Positions 21,538 through 33,052 of a stretch of 64,000 nt of DNA are shown here, in pieces (the stretch's first letter is position 1; every line of letters starts with the position of its first letter). The position numbers and the translations under genes are program-made. Under the pieces are notes generated by a model. It was not told the DNA's origin. It saw only the letters and a list, made by a program, of their open reading frames with translations, and ran no database searches. The stretch is from contig CAWFDF010000012.1 of the NCBI GenBank assembly GCA_963814585.1, positions 96,001 to 160,000 of the forward strand. Reading direction: 5' to 3'. The DNA is from an uncultured delta proteobacterium (GTDB lineage Bacteria > Myxococcota > Myxococcia > Myxococcales > Anaeromyxobacteraceae).

Positions 21538-22086
21538 TCACTTCCCGAGCATGCCTTTCTTCAGGTCACCGTCGGCCGGCTTGTCGCCCAGCCAGTTGCG
21601 CAGCAGCGCGTCGGCGAACGGCTTCCCCTCGACGGTGACGCTGCCGCCGCCAGGCGCAGTGACGGTGGCGCCAGCGCCGGGCACGTAGCCGATCACCAGG
21701 ACGTCGCCAGACTTCAGGTCCTTCATCACCGCGTCGACGCGGTCCAGCGCCGGGATGAGCTTGGGGGCGTCGGCCTGCGAGTTCTTCTCGAACCCCTCCT
21801 TGAAGGCACCGAGGATCGAGGCCTTGTCGACGTCGCGCTTGAACGTCATCACCACCTGCCAAGCGGCGTCGGCGGCGACGATGGCGGCCGGATCGGAGGC
21901 GCGCTGCTCGAGGTAGAGCGCGCCGACGTAGACCTTGATGAAGAGCTTGGAGCGCAGTCCGGCGCCGTTGAGCACCAGCGTCTTGCCGCCGACGGTGACC
22001 GAGTCGGGGACCTGGACATCCGCCACCTCCCGGGCGAGGGCAGGAAGGGCCAGGCTGAGGGCGAGGACGGCGACGAGGTGGCGCAT
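21538..22086 (-). CDS. Chalcone isomerase-like exported protein
   Basis: Signal peptide; LNGAGLRSKLFIKVYVGALYL, WLGDKP..LKKGMLG. Confidence 0.88.
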   Translation of the reverse strand: MRHLVAVLALSLALPALAREVADVQVPDSVTVGGKTLVLNGAGLRSKLFIKVYVGALYLEQRASDPAAIVAADAAWQVVMTFKRDVDKASILGAFKEGFEKNSQADAPKLIPALDRVDAVMKDLKSGDVLVIGYVPGAGATVTAPGGGSVTVEGKPFADALLRNWLGDKPADGDLKKGMLGK

Positions 22087-22135
22087 GGAGGATCTCCGGG
22101 GCTCGGGGTGGACCAGCGGGTGCCGGGCCGCGACT

Positions 22136-23041
22136 CTACCGCTTCCCCGCCCCGGCGCGCAGCAGTCCGTCACCCGGCCGCCTCGCCCCCATCACCGAGC
22201 CGTAGGCCACCCCGGTCACCCCCACCAGCACCCCCAGCAGCGCCGGCGCCGGCAGCCGCTCCGAGAGCAGCGCCGCCCCCAGCGCCACCTGGGCGATGGG
22301 CGTGAGCTGCAGCCAGATGGCGGCCTCGCCCACGGTGAGCGCGCCGTAGGCCTCGGCCATCATCACCTGGGCCCCGTAGGCAGCCACCGCCATGAGCGCC
22401 GCCAGGCCCCACGCCGCCAGGTCGAGCGGCCACGGATCGAGCGCGAACGGCAGGGCCACCGGCAGCCCTCCCAGGCAGAGGTAGAAGAAGATGGTGGCGG
22501 CGTTCTCGGTGGGGCGCATGGCCCGGATGGTGACGGCCGAGAAGGCGGCGAAGCAGGCCGCCCCCACCGCCAGCAGCTCGCCGGCCCCCAGGCCCAGCGC
22601 CAGCGTCCCGCCCCCCAGCACCAGGACCACCCCGGCCGAGGCCAGCAGCAGCGCCAGCAGCAGGTGGACGGTGGGGCGCTCGCCGAAGGCCGGCACCGCC
22701 AGGAGCGTGGCGATGACGGGGAAGAGGTTGTAGAGCATCCCCGCCTCGCCGGCCGGGATGCGGGCCAGCGCCAGGAAGTAGAGCACCACCACCACGCCGC
22801 CGGAGAGGCCGCGCGTCCAGAGCAGGCGTCGCCGCCGGGGCGCATGGAGCCCGGGCCGCACCCGGAAGGCGACCAGGGAGAGCGCCGCCCCCAGCGCGAA
22901 GCGGATCACCGTCAGCTGGCCCGCGGTGAAGGCGCCGAGCCCGTGGGAGAGGCGGCGGGCCAGGACCGCCATGAGCCCGAAGCAGAGCGCCGACCCGACC
23001 AGCAGCAGCCGCGCCCGCCCGCGGGTGCCGGCGCCGGTCAC
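22136..23041 (-). CDS. DMT/EamA family transporter
   Basis: About 10 TM helices; paralogue of upstream gene; GTGA overlap. Confidence 0.85.
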   Translation of the reverse strand: MTGAGTRGRARLLLVGSALCFGLMAVLARRLSHGLGAFTAGQLTVIRFALGAALSLVAFRVRPGLHAPRRRRLLWTRGLSGGVVVVLYFLALARIPAGEAGMLYNLFPVIATLLAVPAFGERPTVHLLLALLLASAGVVLVLGGGTLALGLGAGELLAVGAACFAAFSAVTIRAMRPTENAATIFFYLCLGGLPVALPFALDPWPLDLAAWGLAALMAVAAYGAQVMMAEAYGALTVGEAAIWLQLTPIAQVALGAALLSERLPAPALLGVLVGVTGVAYGSVMGARRPGDGLLRAGAGKR

Positions 23042-23991
23042 GGCTCCTCGGTGGGCAGCCCCGCCGCCGCCTCGCGGAGCTGCGGATCGGCGTCGGTGCG
23101 CGGCGCGTGGCCGAGCACGGCGCCGTAGACCACCCCGGCGATGCCGAGCAGCACGCCGAGCAGGGTGATCCCGGTGAGCCGCTCGCCCAGCGCCAGCGCC
23201 CAGCCGAAGGAGGCGATGGGCGTGAGCTGCTGCCAGAGCGCCGCCTCCGGGACCGAGAGGGCGCCGTAGGCCTCGGTCATGAGCAGCTGGGCCAGGAAGG
23301 CCACCACGCCGCAGGACCCGGCCGCCACCCACGGGAGCAGCTCTACCGGCCACGCGCCGGGGGCCAGGGGACCGAAGGCGAAGGGGAGCGAGACCAGGAC
23401 GCCGCCCACCGCCATGGCGAAGAAGATGGTGGGCGCGTTGTCGGTGGCCCGGAGCGCCCGGATGCTGGTGACGGCAAAGCCGCCCAGCACCGCCGAGCCG
23501 ACGCCGAGCAGCTCGCCGCGGCCGAGCGAGAAGGTGAGCCGGCCGCCCCCCAGCACCAGGAAGACGCCGGCCGAGGCGATCACCAGGGCCACCGCCAGGT
23601 GGACGGTGGGACGCTCGCCGAGCAGGAAGAAGGAGAGGATCACCGCCCAGATGGGGAAGGTGTTGTTGAGCAGCGTCGCCTCGCCCGCCGGGATGAGCGA
23701 CAGGGAGACGAAGTAGAGCAGCGCCGCCAGCCCCCCGAAGAGGCCACGGGAGACCAGCAGCGCGTGGCGGACCGGCCGGAAGGTCCCGGGGCGGGCCACG
23801 AAGACGGCCAGCACCGCCACCACGCCGACCGCGAAGCGGACCAGGGACACCCGGCCCCCGGACATCGCCCCCTCGGTGGAGGCGAGCCGGGCCAGCATGG
23901 CGGAGAGGCCGAAGAGCACGCCGGCGCCGAAGAGCAGCGCTCGCGCCCGGCCCCGGGTCGGCACCGTCAGCGGTCTCACGGGGCGGGCCAT
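23038..23991 (-). CDS. DMT/EamA family transporter
   Basis: About 10 TM helices; LLGERP, LGER repeats. Confidence 0.85.
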   Translation of the reverse strand: MARPVRPLTVPTRGRARALLFGAGVLFGLSAMLARLASTEGAMSGGRVSLVRFAVGVVAVLAVFVARPGTFRPVRHALLVSRGLFGGLAALLYFVSLSLIPAGEATLLNNTFPIWAVILSFFLLGERPTVHLAVALVIASAGVFLVLGGGRLTFSLGRGELLGVGSAVLGGFAVTSIRALRATDNAPTIFFAMAVGGVLVSLPFAFGPLAPGAWPVELLPWVAAGSCGVVAFLAQLLMTEAYGALSVPEAALWQQLTPIASFGWALALGERLTGITLLGVLLGIAGVVYGAVLGHAPRTDADPQLREAAAGLPTEEP

Positions 23992-24101
23992 GGTGGGCCG
24001 TCGTACCACCTCGGCGGGGGTCCCGGAAGGGAGCTGGACGGGCCAGGCCGGGCGCCCGGCGGGTGGTTTCCCGGGCCGGGCCGCGTTAGATACCTGCCTC
24101 C

Positions 24102-26966
24102 ATGAGCGAGCCCGACACCATCGTCGTCAAGGGGGCCCGCGAGCACAACCTCAAGTCGGTCACGCTGGAGATCCCGAAGAAGAAGCTGGTGGTCTTCACC
24201 GGCGTCTCCGGCTCCGGCAAGAGCTCGCTGGCCTTCGACACCCTCTACGCCGAGGGGCAGCGCCGCTACGTCGAGTCGCTCTCCTCCTACGCCCGGCAGT
24301 TCCTCGGGCAGATGGAGAAGCCTCGCTACGACACCATCCGCGGCCTCTCGCCCACCATCTCCATCGAGCAGAAGGCCGCCTCCAACAACCCGCGCTCCAC
24401 CGTGGGCACCATCACCGAGGTGCACGACTACCTGCGCGTCCTCTACGCCTCGATCGGCGTGCAGCACTGCCCCGGCTGCGGCCGCCCGGTGGGGAAGCAG
24501 ACCGCCCAGCAGATCGTCGAGACCATCCTCGAGCAGCCGGCCGGCTCCCGGCTCCTGCTGCTGGCCCCGCTGGTGCAGAACCGCAAGGGCGAGTACCGCG
24601 AGCTGCTCGGGGATGCGCAGCAGCGCGGCTTCGCCCGGGTGCGCGTCGACGGGATGATCCACCAGCTCTCCGAGCGGCTGGCGCTCGACAAGAAGCTCAA
24701 GCACGACATCGAGCTGGTGATCGACCGGCTGGTGGTGAAGGAGGGGATCACCGCGCGGCTCACCGACTCGGTGGAGACCGCCCTGCGCGAGGGCCAGGGG
24801 ACGCTGATCGTCGCCGACGCCGCGCACGAGCAGAAGGTCGGCCCCGGCATCGATCCCGAGGGCTACAAGAAGCACGATCGCTTCTTCTCGGAGCAGAACG
24901 CCTGCCACGCCTGCGGCCTCTCCTTCGGCGAGCTGGCGCCGCAGAGCTTCTCCTTCAACAGCCCGCTCGGCTTCTGCCAGGAGTGCCAGGGGCTGGGCAC
25001 CCGGCCCGAGATGGACCCGGAGCTGATCATCCCCGACCCCTCGCTCACCATCCGCGAGGGCGCGGTGGAGCCATGGGCCTCGGGGATGGAGCGAGGCGAG
25101 GGCTGGACCTTCGAGTTCGTCGAGCACCTGGCCCGCTCGCTCAAGCTCGACCTCGACACCCCGTGGGCCCGGCTCGCCAGGCGCGACCGCGACCTGGTCC
25201 TGCACGGCACCGCCTCGCTGACCGGTCCCAAGCCGCGCCTCGAGTGGGAGGGGGTGCTGGCCCAGCTCTATCGCCGCTTCCGCGCCACCACCTCCGAGGC
25301 CATGCGCCGGCACTACATGCGCTTCTTCTCGGACAAGCCCTGCGCCGCCTGCCACGGCGAGCGCCTCAAGTCGGAGAGCCGGGCGGTCCGGGTGCGCGGC
25401 CGGGGCATCGTCGACCTCTCGCGGCTCACCATCGTCGAGGCCCACGAGTGGCTGGACGGGCTGGGGCTCAAGGGGAACGAGGCCACCATCGCCTCCGAGC
25501 TGCTCAAGGAGATCCGCAGCCGGCTCAAGTTCCTGCTCGACGTCGGGCTCGGCTACCTCACGCTGGATCGGCCCGGGCCGTCGCTCTCCGGAGGCGAGAG
25601 CCAGCGCATCCGGCTCGCCTCGCAGATGGGCTCGGAGCTCACCGGCGTCATCTACATCCTCGACGAGCCCTCCATCGGCCTGCACCAGCGCGACAACGGC
25701 AAGCTCCTGGCCACGCTGAAGCGCCTGCGCGACATCGGCAACTCGGTGATCGTCGTCGAGCACGACGAGGAGACCATGGCCGAGGCCGACTGGCTGGTCG
25801 ACTTCGGCCCGGGGGCGGGCGCCCACGGCGGCCAGATCGTGTCCCAGGGGACGCCGGCGCAGGTGAAGGCCGACCCGGCCTCGCTCACCGGCGCCTACCT
25901 GTCGGGGCGGCGCGAGATCTCGCTCCCGGGGAGCCGCCGCGGCGGCGACCACGGCACCCTCACCGTTCACGGCGCGCGGGAGAACAACCTGAAGGACCTG
26001 ACCGTCGAGTTCCCGCTGGGGCGGCTGGTGGCGATCACCGGCGTCTCCGGCGCCGGGAAGTCGACGCTGGTCAACGCGGTGCTCCGTCCGGCCCTCTCCC
26101 GGCTCCTCCACGGCACCCGCGAGGCGCCCGGCGCCCACGACCGGCTCAGCGGCGCCGAGCGGATCGACAAGCTCATCGACATCAACCAGCAGCCCATCGG
26201 CCGCACGCCCCGCTCCAACCCGGCCACCTACACCAAGCTCTTCGACTTCATCCGCGACGTCTTCGCCCAGACCCCGGAGGCGCGGTCCTTCGGCTACCAG
26301 CCGGGCCGGTTCAGCTTCAACGTCAAGGGGGGGCGCTGCGAGGCCTGCCAGGGCGACGGCATGAAGCTGGTGGAGATGCACTTCCTCGCCGACGTGCTGG
26401 TGCCCTGCGAGGTCTGCGGCGGCAAGCGCTTCAACGACGCCACCCTGCGGGTCCAGTTCAAGGGCAAGAACATCGCCGAGGTGCTCGACCTCTCCATCGC
26501 CGAGGCCAGCCAGCACTTCGGCGCCCACAAGGAGGTGGTGCGCATCCTGCGGACCCTGGAGGACGTCGGGCTCGGCTACCTGAAGCTCGGGCAGCCCTCT
26601 CCCACCCTCTCCGGCGGCGAGGCCCAGCGCATCAAGCTCTCGCGCGAGCTGGCCAGGGTCGGGACCGGGCGCACCCTCTACATCCTCGACGAGCCGACCA
26701 CCGGCCTGCACTTCGAGGACGTGCGCCGGCTGCTCACCGTGCTGGACCGGCTGGTGGCGGCGGGCAACACCGTGGTGGTGATCGAGCACAACCTCGACGT
26801 CATCAAGTGCGCCGACTGGATCATCGACCTCGGCCCGGAGGGCGGCGATCGCGGCGGCCTGGTCATCGCCGAGGGGACCCCCGAGGAGGTGGCCCGGGTG
26901 GAGGCCAGCGCCACCGGCCACTACCTCGCCAGGGTCCTGGCCCAACATCGCGCCCGCGCCAGCTGA
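24102..26966 (+). CDS. uvrA: Excinuclease ABC subunit A
   Basis: [31 protein letters not shown], zinc fingers, second Walker A GVSGAGKS. Confidence 0.98.
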   Translation: MSEPDTIVVKGAREHNLKSVTLEIPKKKLVVFTGVSGSGKSSLAFDTLYAEGQRRYVESLSSYARQFLGQMEKPRYDTIRGLSPTISIEQKAASNNPRSTVGTITEVHDYLRVLYASIGVQHCPGCGRPVGKQTAQQIVETILEQPAGSRLLLLAPLVQNRKGEYRELLGDAQQRGFARVRVDGMIHQLSERLALDKKLKHDIELVIDRLVVKEGITARLTDSVETALREGQGTLIVADAAHEQKVGPGIDPEGYKKHDRFFSEQNACHACGLSFGELAPQSFSFNSPLGFCQECQGLGTRPEMDPELIIPDPSLTIREGAVEPWASGMERGEGWTFEFVEHLARSLKLDLDTPWARLARRDRDLVLHGTASLTGPKPRLEWEGVLAQLYRRFRATTSEAMRRHYMRFFSDKPCAACHGERLKSESRAVRVRGRGIVDLSRLTIVEAHEWLDGLGLKGNEATIASELLKEIRSRLKFLLDVGLGYLTLDRPGPSLSGGESQRIRLASQMGSELTGVIYILDEPSIGLHQRDNGKLLATLKRLRDIGNSVIVVEHDEETMAEADWLVDFGPGAGAHGGQIVSQGTPAQVKADPASLTGAYLSGRREISLPGSRRGGDHGTLTVHGARENNLKDLTVEFPLGRLVAITGVSGAGKSTLVNAVLRPALSRLLHGTREAPGAHDRLSGAERIDKLIDINQQPIGRTPRSNPATYTKLFDFIRDVFAQTPEARSFGYQPGRFSFNVKGGRCEACQGDGMKLVEMHFLADVLVPCEVCGGKRFNDATLRVQFKGKNIAEVLDLSIAEASQHFGAHKEVVRILRTLEDVGLGYLKLGQPSPTLSGGEAQRIKLSRELARVGTGRTLYILDEPTTGLHFEDVRRLLTVLDRLVAAGNTVVVIEHNLDVIKCADWIIDLGPEGGDRGGLVIAEGTPEEVARVEASATGHYLARVLAQHRARAS

Positions 26967-27011
26967 GGTCTTGAAGTACCATCGGGTCTCCACCACGCAT
27001 GGGAGACCACG

Positions 27012-27509
27012 ATGCCGACCACCAACGAGAACCTGGCCGTCGCCTTCGCCGGCGAGAGCCAGGCCAACCGCAAGTACCTGGCCTTCGCCAAGGCCGCCGA
27101 GAAGGAAGGGCTCCCGCAGATCGCCCGCCTCTTCCGCGCCGCCGCCGAGGCCGAGACCATCCACGCGCTGGGCCACTTCGCCAACATGGGCGGGGTCGGC
27201 ACCACGCTGCAGAACCTCGAGGCGGCCGTGGCCGGCGAGACCTACGAGTTCACCGAGATGTACCCGCCCATGGTGAAGACGGCGCAGGAGGAGGGCCACC
27301 GGGGCCGCCACCTGCTGGCCTACGCGCTGGCCGCCGAACAGGTGCACGCCAGGCTCTTCAAGGAGGCGCTGGCCGCCATGAAGGCCGGCAAGGACCTCTC
27401 CACGATGGACGTCTACCTCTGCCCGGTCTGCGGCGACATCGAGTTCGGCGAGCCCCCGGAGAAGTGCCCGCTCTGCGGCGCGCCCGCCTCCAGGTACGTG
27501 AAGGTCTAG
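27012..27509 (+). CDS. rbr: Rubrerythrin
   Basis: AFAGESQANRKY, ETIHA, GETYE, EQVH, CPVCG..CPLCG. Confidence 0.93.
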   Translation: MPTTNENLAVAFAGESQANRKYLAFAKAAEKEGLPQIARLFRAAAEAETIHALGHFANMGGVGTTLQNLEAAVAGETYEFTEMYPPMVKTAQEEGHRGRHLLAYALAAEQVHARLFKEALAAMKAGKDLSTMDVYLCPVCGDIEFGEPPEKCPLCGAPASRYVKV

Positions 27510-27514
27510 GGGCC

Positions 27515-27976
27515 TCAGCGCCGGCGCAGCCGCTCGATGACGGCGCGCGGCTCGGCGAGCCCCCGGCGCAGCAGCCAGAGCGCCACCCGGGGGCCGCCCA
27601 GGGCGAGGACGGCGAGGTAGCCGCCGGAGACCAGGCGGGCGGTCGAGGCGTGGACTCGGACCCCGACGTGGAGCGCCGGGTCACGTTCCAGCACCAGGGA
27701 GAAGAAGAGCAGCCCCAGCTCGCCGACGCCCGCGGCGGGGTTCGCGCAGAGCCTGGTCACCGCCCCGGCCGGCAGCCGGAGGGTGAAGTCGGGGTCGGAT
27801 GGTTCGCCGGCGGTCAGCAGCGGTGCGCCCCCGGACATGGCAAAGCCGGCCGGCCCCTCGTCCAGGTCGAGCCCGACCCTGGCCGCCGCGGAGAGCGGCC
27901 GGACCGCTCGCGCCGCCGACGGCGCCCTGGCGAACAGGGCGGCGAGCGCGTCGAGGCTGGCGTGGGCCGGAGCCAT
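27515..27976 (-). CDS. Hypothetical protein (possibly SCP2-like fold)
   Basis: Fills the gap between genes; PDFTLRL motif; -10-like TACGGT 6 nt upstream. Confidence 0.55.
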   Translation of the reverse strand: MAPAHASLDALAALFARAPSAARAVRPLSAAARVGLDLDEGPAGFAMSGGAPLLTAGEPSDPDFTLRLPAGAVTRLCANPAAGVGELGLLFFSLVLERDPALHVGVRVHASTARLVSGGYLAVLALGGPRVALWLLRRGLAEPRAVIERLRRR

Positions 27977-28056
27977 GGCCGGACCGTAGCGGCGCCCCCG
28001 CCGGGCATGCAAGCCGGGGCGCCGGAGCGCCTTCGGCCTCCCGCCCGGCGAACCGG

Positions 28057-28085
28057 TTGACGCTCACCCGGACCCGCGCTAACGC
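28057..28085 (+). promoter_or_regulatory. Putative sigma70 promoter TTGACG-N17-TAACGC, leaderless lipoprotein transcript
   Basis: 17-bp spacing; ATG 6 nt after the -10; no SD. Confidence 0.55.
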
Positions 28086-28091
28086 TCCTGC

Positions 28092-28553
28092 ATGCGCTCC
28101 CGCCTCCTGCCACTGCTCGCCCTGCTCGCCGCCTGCGCCCCGAGCCGGATCCCCGGCACCGAAGTCCCCGACTCCAAGGAGAACCGCGCCGTCTACGAGG
28201 TGATCCGACAGTACGGCGAGGCGCTGCGGAAGAGGGACGCCGGGGCCATCCTCCTCCTGGTGGCGCCCGACTACTACGACGCCTCGGGCACCCCCGATCC
28301 GGGCGACGACGTGACCCGGGACATCCTGGAGAGGCACCTGGCGAGCGACCTCTCCAAGGTCGAGGCGGTCGCGCTGGACATGGGCGTGAAGAGGATCGAC
28401 GTGAACGGTGACGAGGCCCGCGCCGAGGTCTTCTACGACGCCGCCTACCGGGTGGTCACCGCTACCGGTCCCGTGGCCAAGCGCCCCTCCGACCTGAACC
28501 TGATGCGCTTCCGGAAGCTGGGCGGCGCCTGGAAGGTCACCGCGGGACTCTAG
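28092..28553 (+). CDS. Lipoprotein, NTF2/SnoaL-like fold
   Basis: Lipobox LAAC; C-terminal GAWKV strand. Confidence 0.78.
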   Translation: MRSRLLPLLALLAACAPSRIPGTEVPDSKENRAVYEVIRQYGEALRKRDAGAILLLVAPDYYDASGTPDPGDDVTRDILERHLASDLSKVEAVALDMGVKRIDVNGDEARAEVFYDAAYRVVTATGPVAKRPSDLNLMRFRKLGGAWKVTAGL

Positions 28554-28730
28554 TGCCCCGACCCAGGCAAGATGCCTACTGCGAGAGCCGATCCTCTCGC
28601 TGCGGCAGGCGGCCTCGTCGGTCCGCTGCTCAGTGTAGCGCTGCTACGCTTCCGCTGCTCCCTCCTCGGGCGTCAGCCTCGCTTCGGTCTCGGCTCTCTC
28701 GTCACGTCATCTTGCCTGGATCGGGGCACT
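28552..28730. mobile_element. MITE-like repeat, copy 2 (179 bp, most intact)
   Basis: 23-bp TIR AGTGCCCCGACCCAGGCAAGATG / CATCTTGCCTGGATCGGGGCACT (1 mismatch); begins in the CTAG stop of the lipoprotein. Confidence 0.88.
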
Positions 28731-29696
28731 GGGTCCGAGCAGCTCGCGGTACCCGGCCGCTCCCAGGGCGCGCAGCGCCGAGAGCCGGTCGCGGTAGCGC
28801 CGCCAGTCCTTGGTCACCACCCGTCCGGCGGGGAGTGCGGGACCGAGCGAGGCGAGGAGCCGGCTCACCGCGAAGCGGAGCGCCGCGAAGCGCGCCCAGG
28901 CCGGCAGCGCCTCAGCGGTCCCCTCGTCGAGCCGCCGCCGGGATCGGTACCCGTCGAGGAGGGCCCGCACCCTCGCCGGCTCGTGACGATCGGTGAAGCA
29001 CCAGGCGTCGATGGCCACCGCCAGGTCGTAGGCGAAGGGGGCGGTGCAGGCCATCTCCCAGTCGAGGACGTAGCTGATCCGGTCGCCGACCCAGAGCACG
29101 TTGTCGATGAAGAGGTCGCCGTGGCAGAGGCCCCGCGGCGCGCCCGGCAGCTGCCGGGCCGCATCCAGCTCCTCCCGCAGCAGCGGCAACGCCGCCCTGG
29201 CGTCGGCGTCGAGGCGGGGAGCGGCCTCCACCTCCGCCAGCCACCCGGCCACCCGGGCCGGGCCGAAGGGGTTCTCCCGCTCGCCGGTGAACCCGGCCGA
29301 GAGCTCGTGCAGCCGCCCCAGCTGCTCGCCGACCCGCCGGCACCGATCCGGCCCGGCGCCGGCCCGGTCCACGGCCTCGCCCGGCACGAAGGCGAAGAGC
29401 ATGGCCGGCCGCCCCGCCACCTCGGTCCAGGGGCGGCCGTCGCTGGCCAGCACCAGGCGCGGCACCGGGTAGTGAGCGTCGAAGAGGAAGCCCATCACCG
29501 AGGCCTCGAAGCCGACGTCGGCCTCGGTCTTGCCCTCGGCGAGCCGGAGGAACCAGCGATCCTCGCCGGCCTGCAGGTGGTAGCTGGTGTTGCTCCGGCC
29601 CCGTGGCTCGGGCTGGGCGCGGTCCAGCGGCGGCAGGCCGAAGCGGCGGGCGGCCTCGGCCAGCTGCCCGGGGGTGAGGACGGTGTGGAGCGCCAT
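28707..29696 (-). CDS. thrB: Homoserine kinase type II (APH-like phosphotransferase)
   Basis: MALHT, GRSNTSY, CHGDLFIDNV, LDW, YDLAVAIDAWC, LRFAVSRL. Confidence 0.85.
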   Translation of the reverse strand: MALHTVLTPGQLAEAARRFGLPPLDRAQPEPRGRSNTSYHLQAGEDRWFLRLAEGKTEADVGFEASVMGFLFDAHYPVPRLVLASDGRPWTEVAGRPAMLFAFVPGEAVDRAGAGPDRCRRVGEQLGRLHELSAGFTGERENPFGPARVAGWLAEVEAAPRLDADARAALPLLREELDAARQLPGAPRGLCHGDLFIDNVLWVGDRISYVLDWEMACTAPFAYDLAVAIDAWCFTDRHEPARVRALLDGYRSRRRLDEGTAEALPAWARFAALRFAVSRLLASLGPALPAGRVVTKDWRRYRDRLSALRALGAAGYRELLGPSAPIQAR

Positions 29697-29728
29697 GGAT
29701 CGAGCGTGCCCGGAAACGGCCGGGCCCG

Positions 29729-30265
29729 TCAACGCGAAGGGGCCGACCCCGGGGCGGCGGGGCGCCGACCGGGCCCGTCGGGTGGGCCCTCCAGCGCCTC
29801 GCCCAGCGACTCCTCCACCCAGGTGGCGCCGGCGATTCGCCAGCCCTCCGGCTCCCGCTCCAGCTGGCAGTCGATCCGCCAGGCGCTGGCGTCCGCCGGG
29901 AGGAGGTCGGCCAGGGCCTTCCCCGCCCCGGCGCGAGTCGCCACCAGGTCCAGCACGGCGCGGGCGGAGTCGCCCGTCACCTCGATCCGCAGCCCGGCGA
30001 TCCGGGCCACCACCCAGTGGCCGCGCAAGGCGTTCCCGGCCACCAGCTGCTTCACGCCGGCCTTGTCGAGCCCCTGCCCCCGGAACCGCTCCGAGAGGCC
30101 GGCGACGGCGTCGGAGACCCGGCGCTCCTCGGCGGAGCGGACGGCGTCCTCGAAGAGGGCCTGGATCAGCTGCTCGTCGGAGGGGGGCGCCGGCCGGCTG
30201 AGGCGCCAGGCGGCGCCGGCCGTGATCAGGCCCGCCAGGGCGGCGATGGCGGCCCGGCGGGTCAT
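29729..30265 (-). CDS. Hypothetical membrane-anchored NTF2-like protein
   Basis: N-terminal TM; SDEQLIQALF, EGWRI. Confidence 0.65.
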   Translation of the reverse strand: MTRRAAIAALAGLITAGAAWRLSRPAPPSDEQLIQALFEDAVRSAEERRVSDAVAGLSERFRGQGLDKAGVKQLVAGNALRGHWVVARIAGLRIEVTGDSARAVLDLVATRAGAGKALADLLPADASAWRIDCQLEREPEGWRIAGATWVEESLGEALEGPPDGPGRRPAAPGSAPSR

Positions 30266-30323
30266 GGACCCCTCGCTGGCATGCGGACGCCCGGACGGGA
30301 CATGAGGGAGTAGACTCCGATCC

Positions 30324-31145
30324 GTGAGCGGCGACAAGGATCCGACAGGACGTTCCGATCAGCACAACGCCCGCGGCATCGAGCTGGCCGACCGGGGCTG
30401 GCTCGACGAGGCGGTGAAGGAGTTCCAGCGGGCCATCGAGCTCGACCCGGAGGCCGCCCATCCCCACGACAACCTGGCGACCGTCTACGCCGAGCAGCGG
30501 AAGCTGGGCGAGGCGCTCCAGGAGCACCTCACCGCCCTCCGGCTCGACCCGGAGAGCGCCACCGCCCACTTCAACCTGGCATCGTTCCTCTCGGCCCACG
30601 CCACCGACCTGGCGATCGAGTCCTACCGGACCGCGCTGGCCCTCGACCCCGCCTTTCCCGACGCCCACTACAGCCTCGGCCTCACCCTGGCGGACGAGGG
30701 GCGCGTCGAGGAGGCGCTGGCAGCGCTGCGGACCGCGGTCGAGCAGGCGCCGCAGGACCCGCAGCCGCGCCATGAGCTGGCCACGCTGCTCCTCGACGAG
30801 GGGGAATACCGGGCCGCCATCGGCCAGCTCAAGGAGGTGACGCGGCTCGCGCCCGACCACTTCGACGCCTGGCTCGACCTCGGGATCGCCTACGCACAGC
30901 AGGGCTTCTTCGAGGAGGCCGAGCGGGCCTATGCCGGAGCGGCCCGGCTTCGCCCCGACGACCTGCTGCTCAACTACAACCTGGGCGGGCTCCACGCCCT
31001 GGCCGGACAGTCGGCGCCGGCGCTGGCCGCCCTCCGGCGCGCCCTCTCCATCGACCCGGTGAAGGTCCGGACCTGGCTCGAGGCCGACCAGATGTTCGAG
31101 ACGCTCGAGGGGAACCCGGAGTTCGAGGCGCTGGCGCGGGGCTGA
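30324..31145 (+). CDS. TPR-repeat protein
   Basis: Repeated AHFNLA / AHYSLG / AWLDLG TPR units. Confidence 0.88.
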   Translation: MSGDKDPTGRSDQHNARGIELADRGWLDEAVKEFQRAIELDPEAAHPHDNLATVYAEQRKLGEALQEHLTALRLDPESATAHFNLASFLSAHATDLAIESYRTALALDPAFPDAHYSLGLTLADEGRVEEALAALRTAVEQAPQDPQPRHELATLLLDEGEYRAAIGQLKEVTRLAPDHFDAWLDLGIAYAQQGFFEEAERAYAGAARLRPDDLLLNYNLGGLHALAGQSAPALAALRRALSIDPVKVRTWLEADQMFETLEGNPEFEALARG

Positions 31146-31383
31146 CCGAGCCGCGGCCGGGGGCGTCCGCCGTTCGTCCGCCCGGCCACTGGACGCCCGC
31201 CGCGCGGCCGTCCGTCCCGCGGCCGGTCCCCAGTCCGGACGCACACTTGGCGGGCGTCCGCGCCCCGGCGCCGTCCGTGCAACGGACCTCATCCGAGGCG
31301 CCGACCCGGATCCCGGCAGGAGGACCCTCACGGCGCGCTTCCCGTCCCGCGGCCTGCCGGTACAATAGGACCAGGAGTCAACC

Positions 31384-33042
<1,659 letters not shown>

Positions 33043-33052
33043 CGCTCTCGCC

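Noticed and set aside
23992..24101. LexA box upstream of uvrA
   Set aside because: No convincing palindrome seen
23876..27347. Very long alternative-frame and antisense ORFs (also 18050-21133, 37317-41174, 41185-44235, 50142-53809)
   Set aside because: Shadow ORFs expected at high GC3; Arg/Pro/Gly-rich or mirror-frame with no motifs, overlapping well-supported genes
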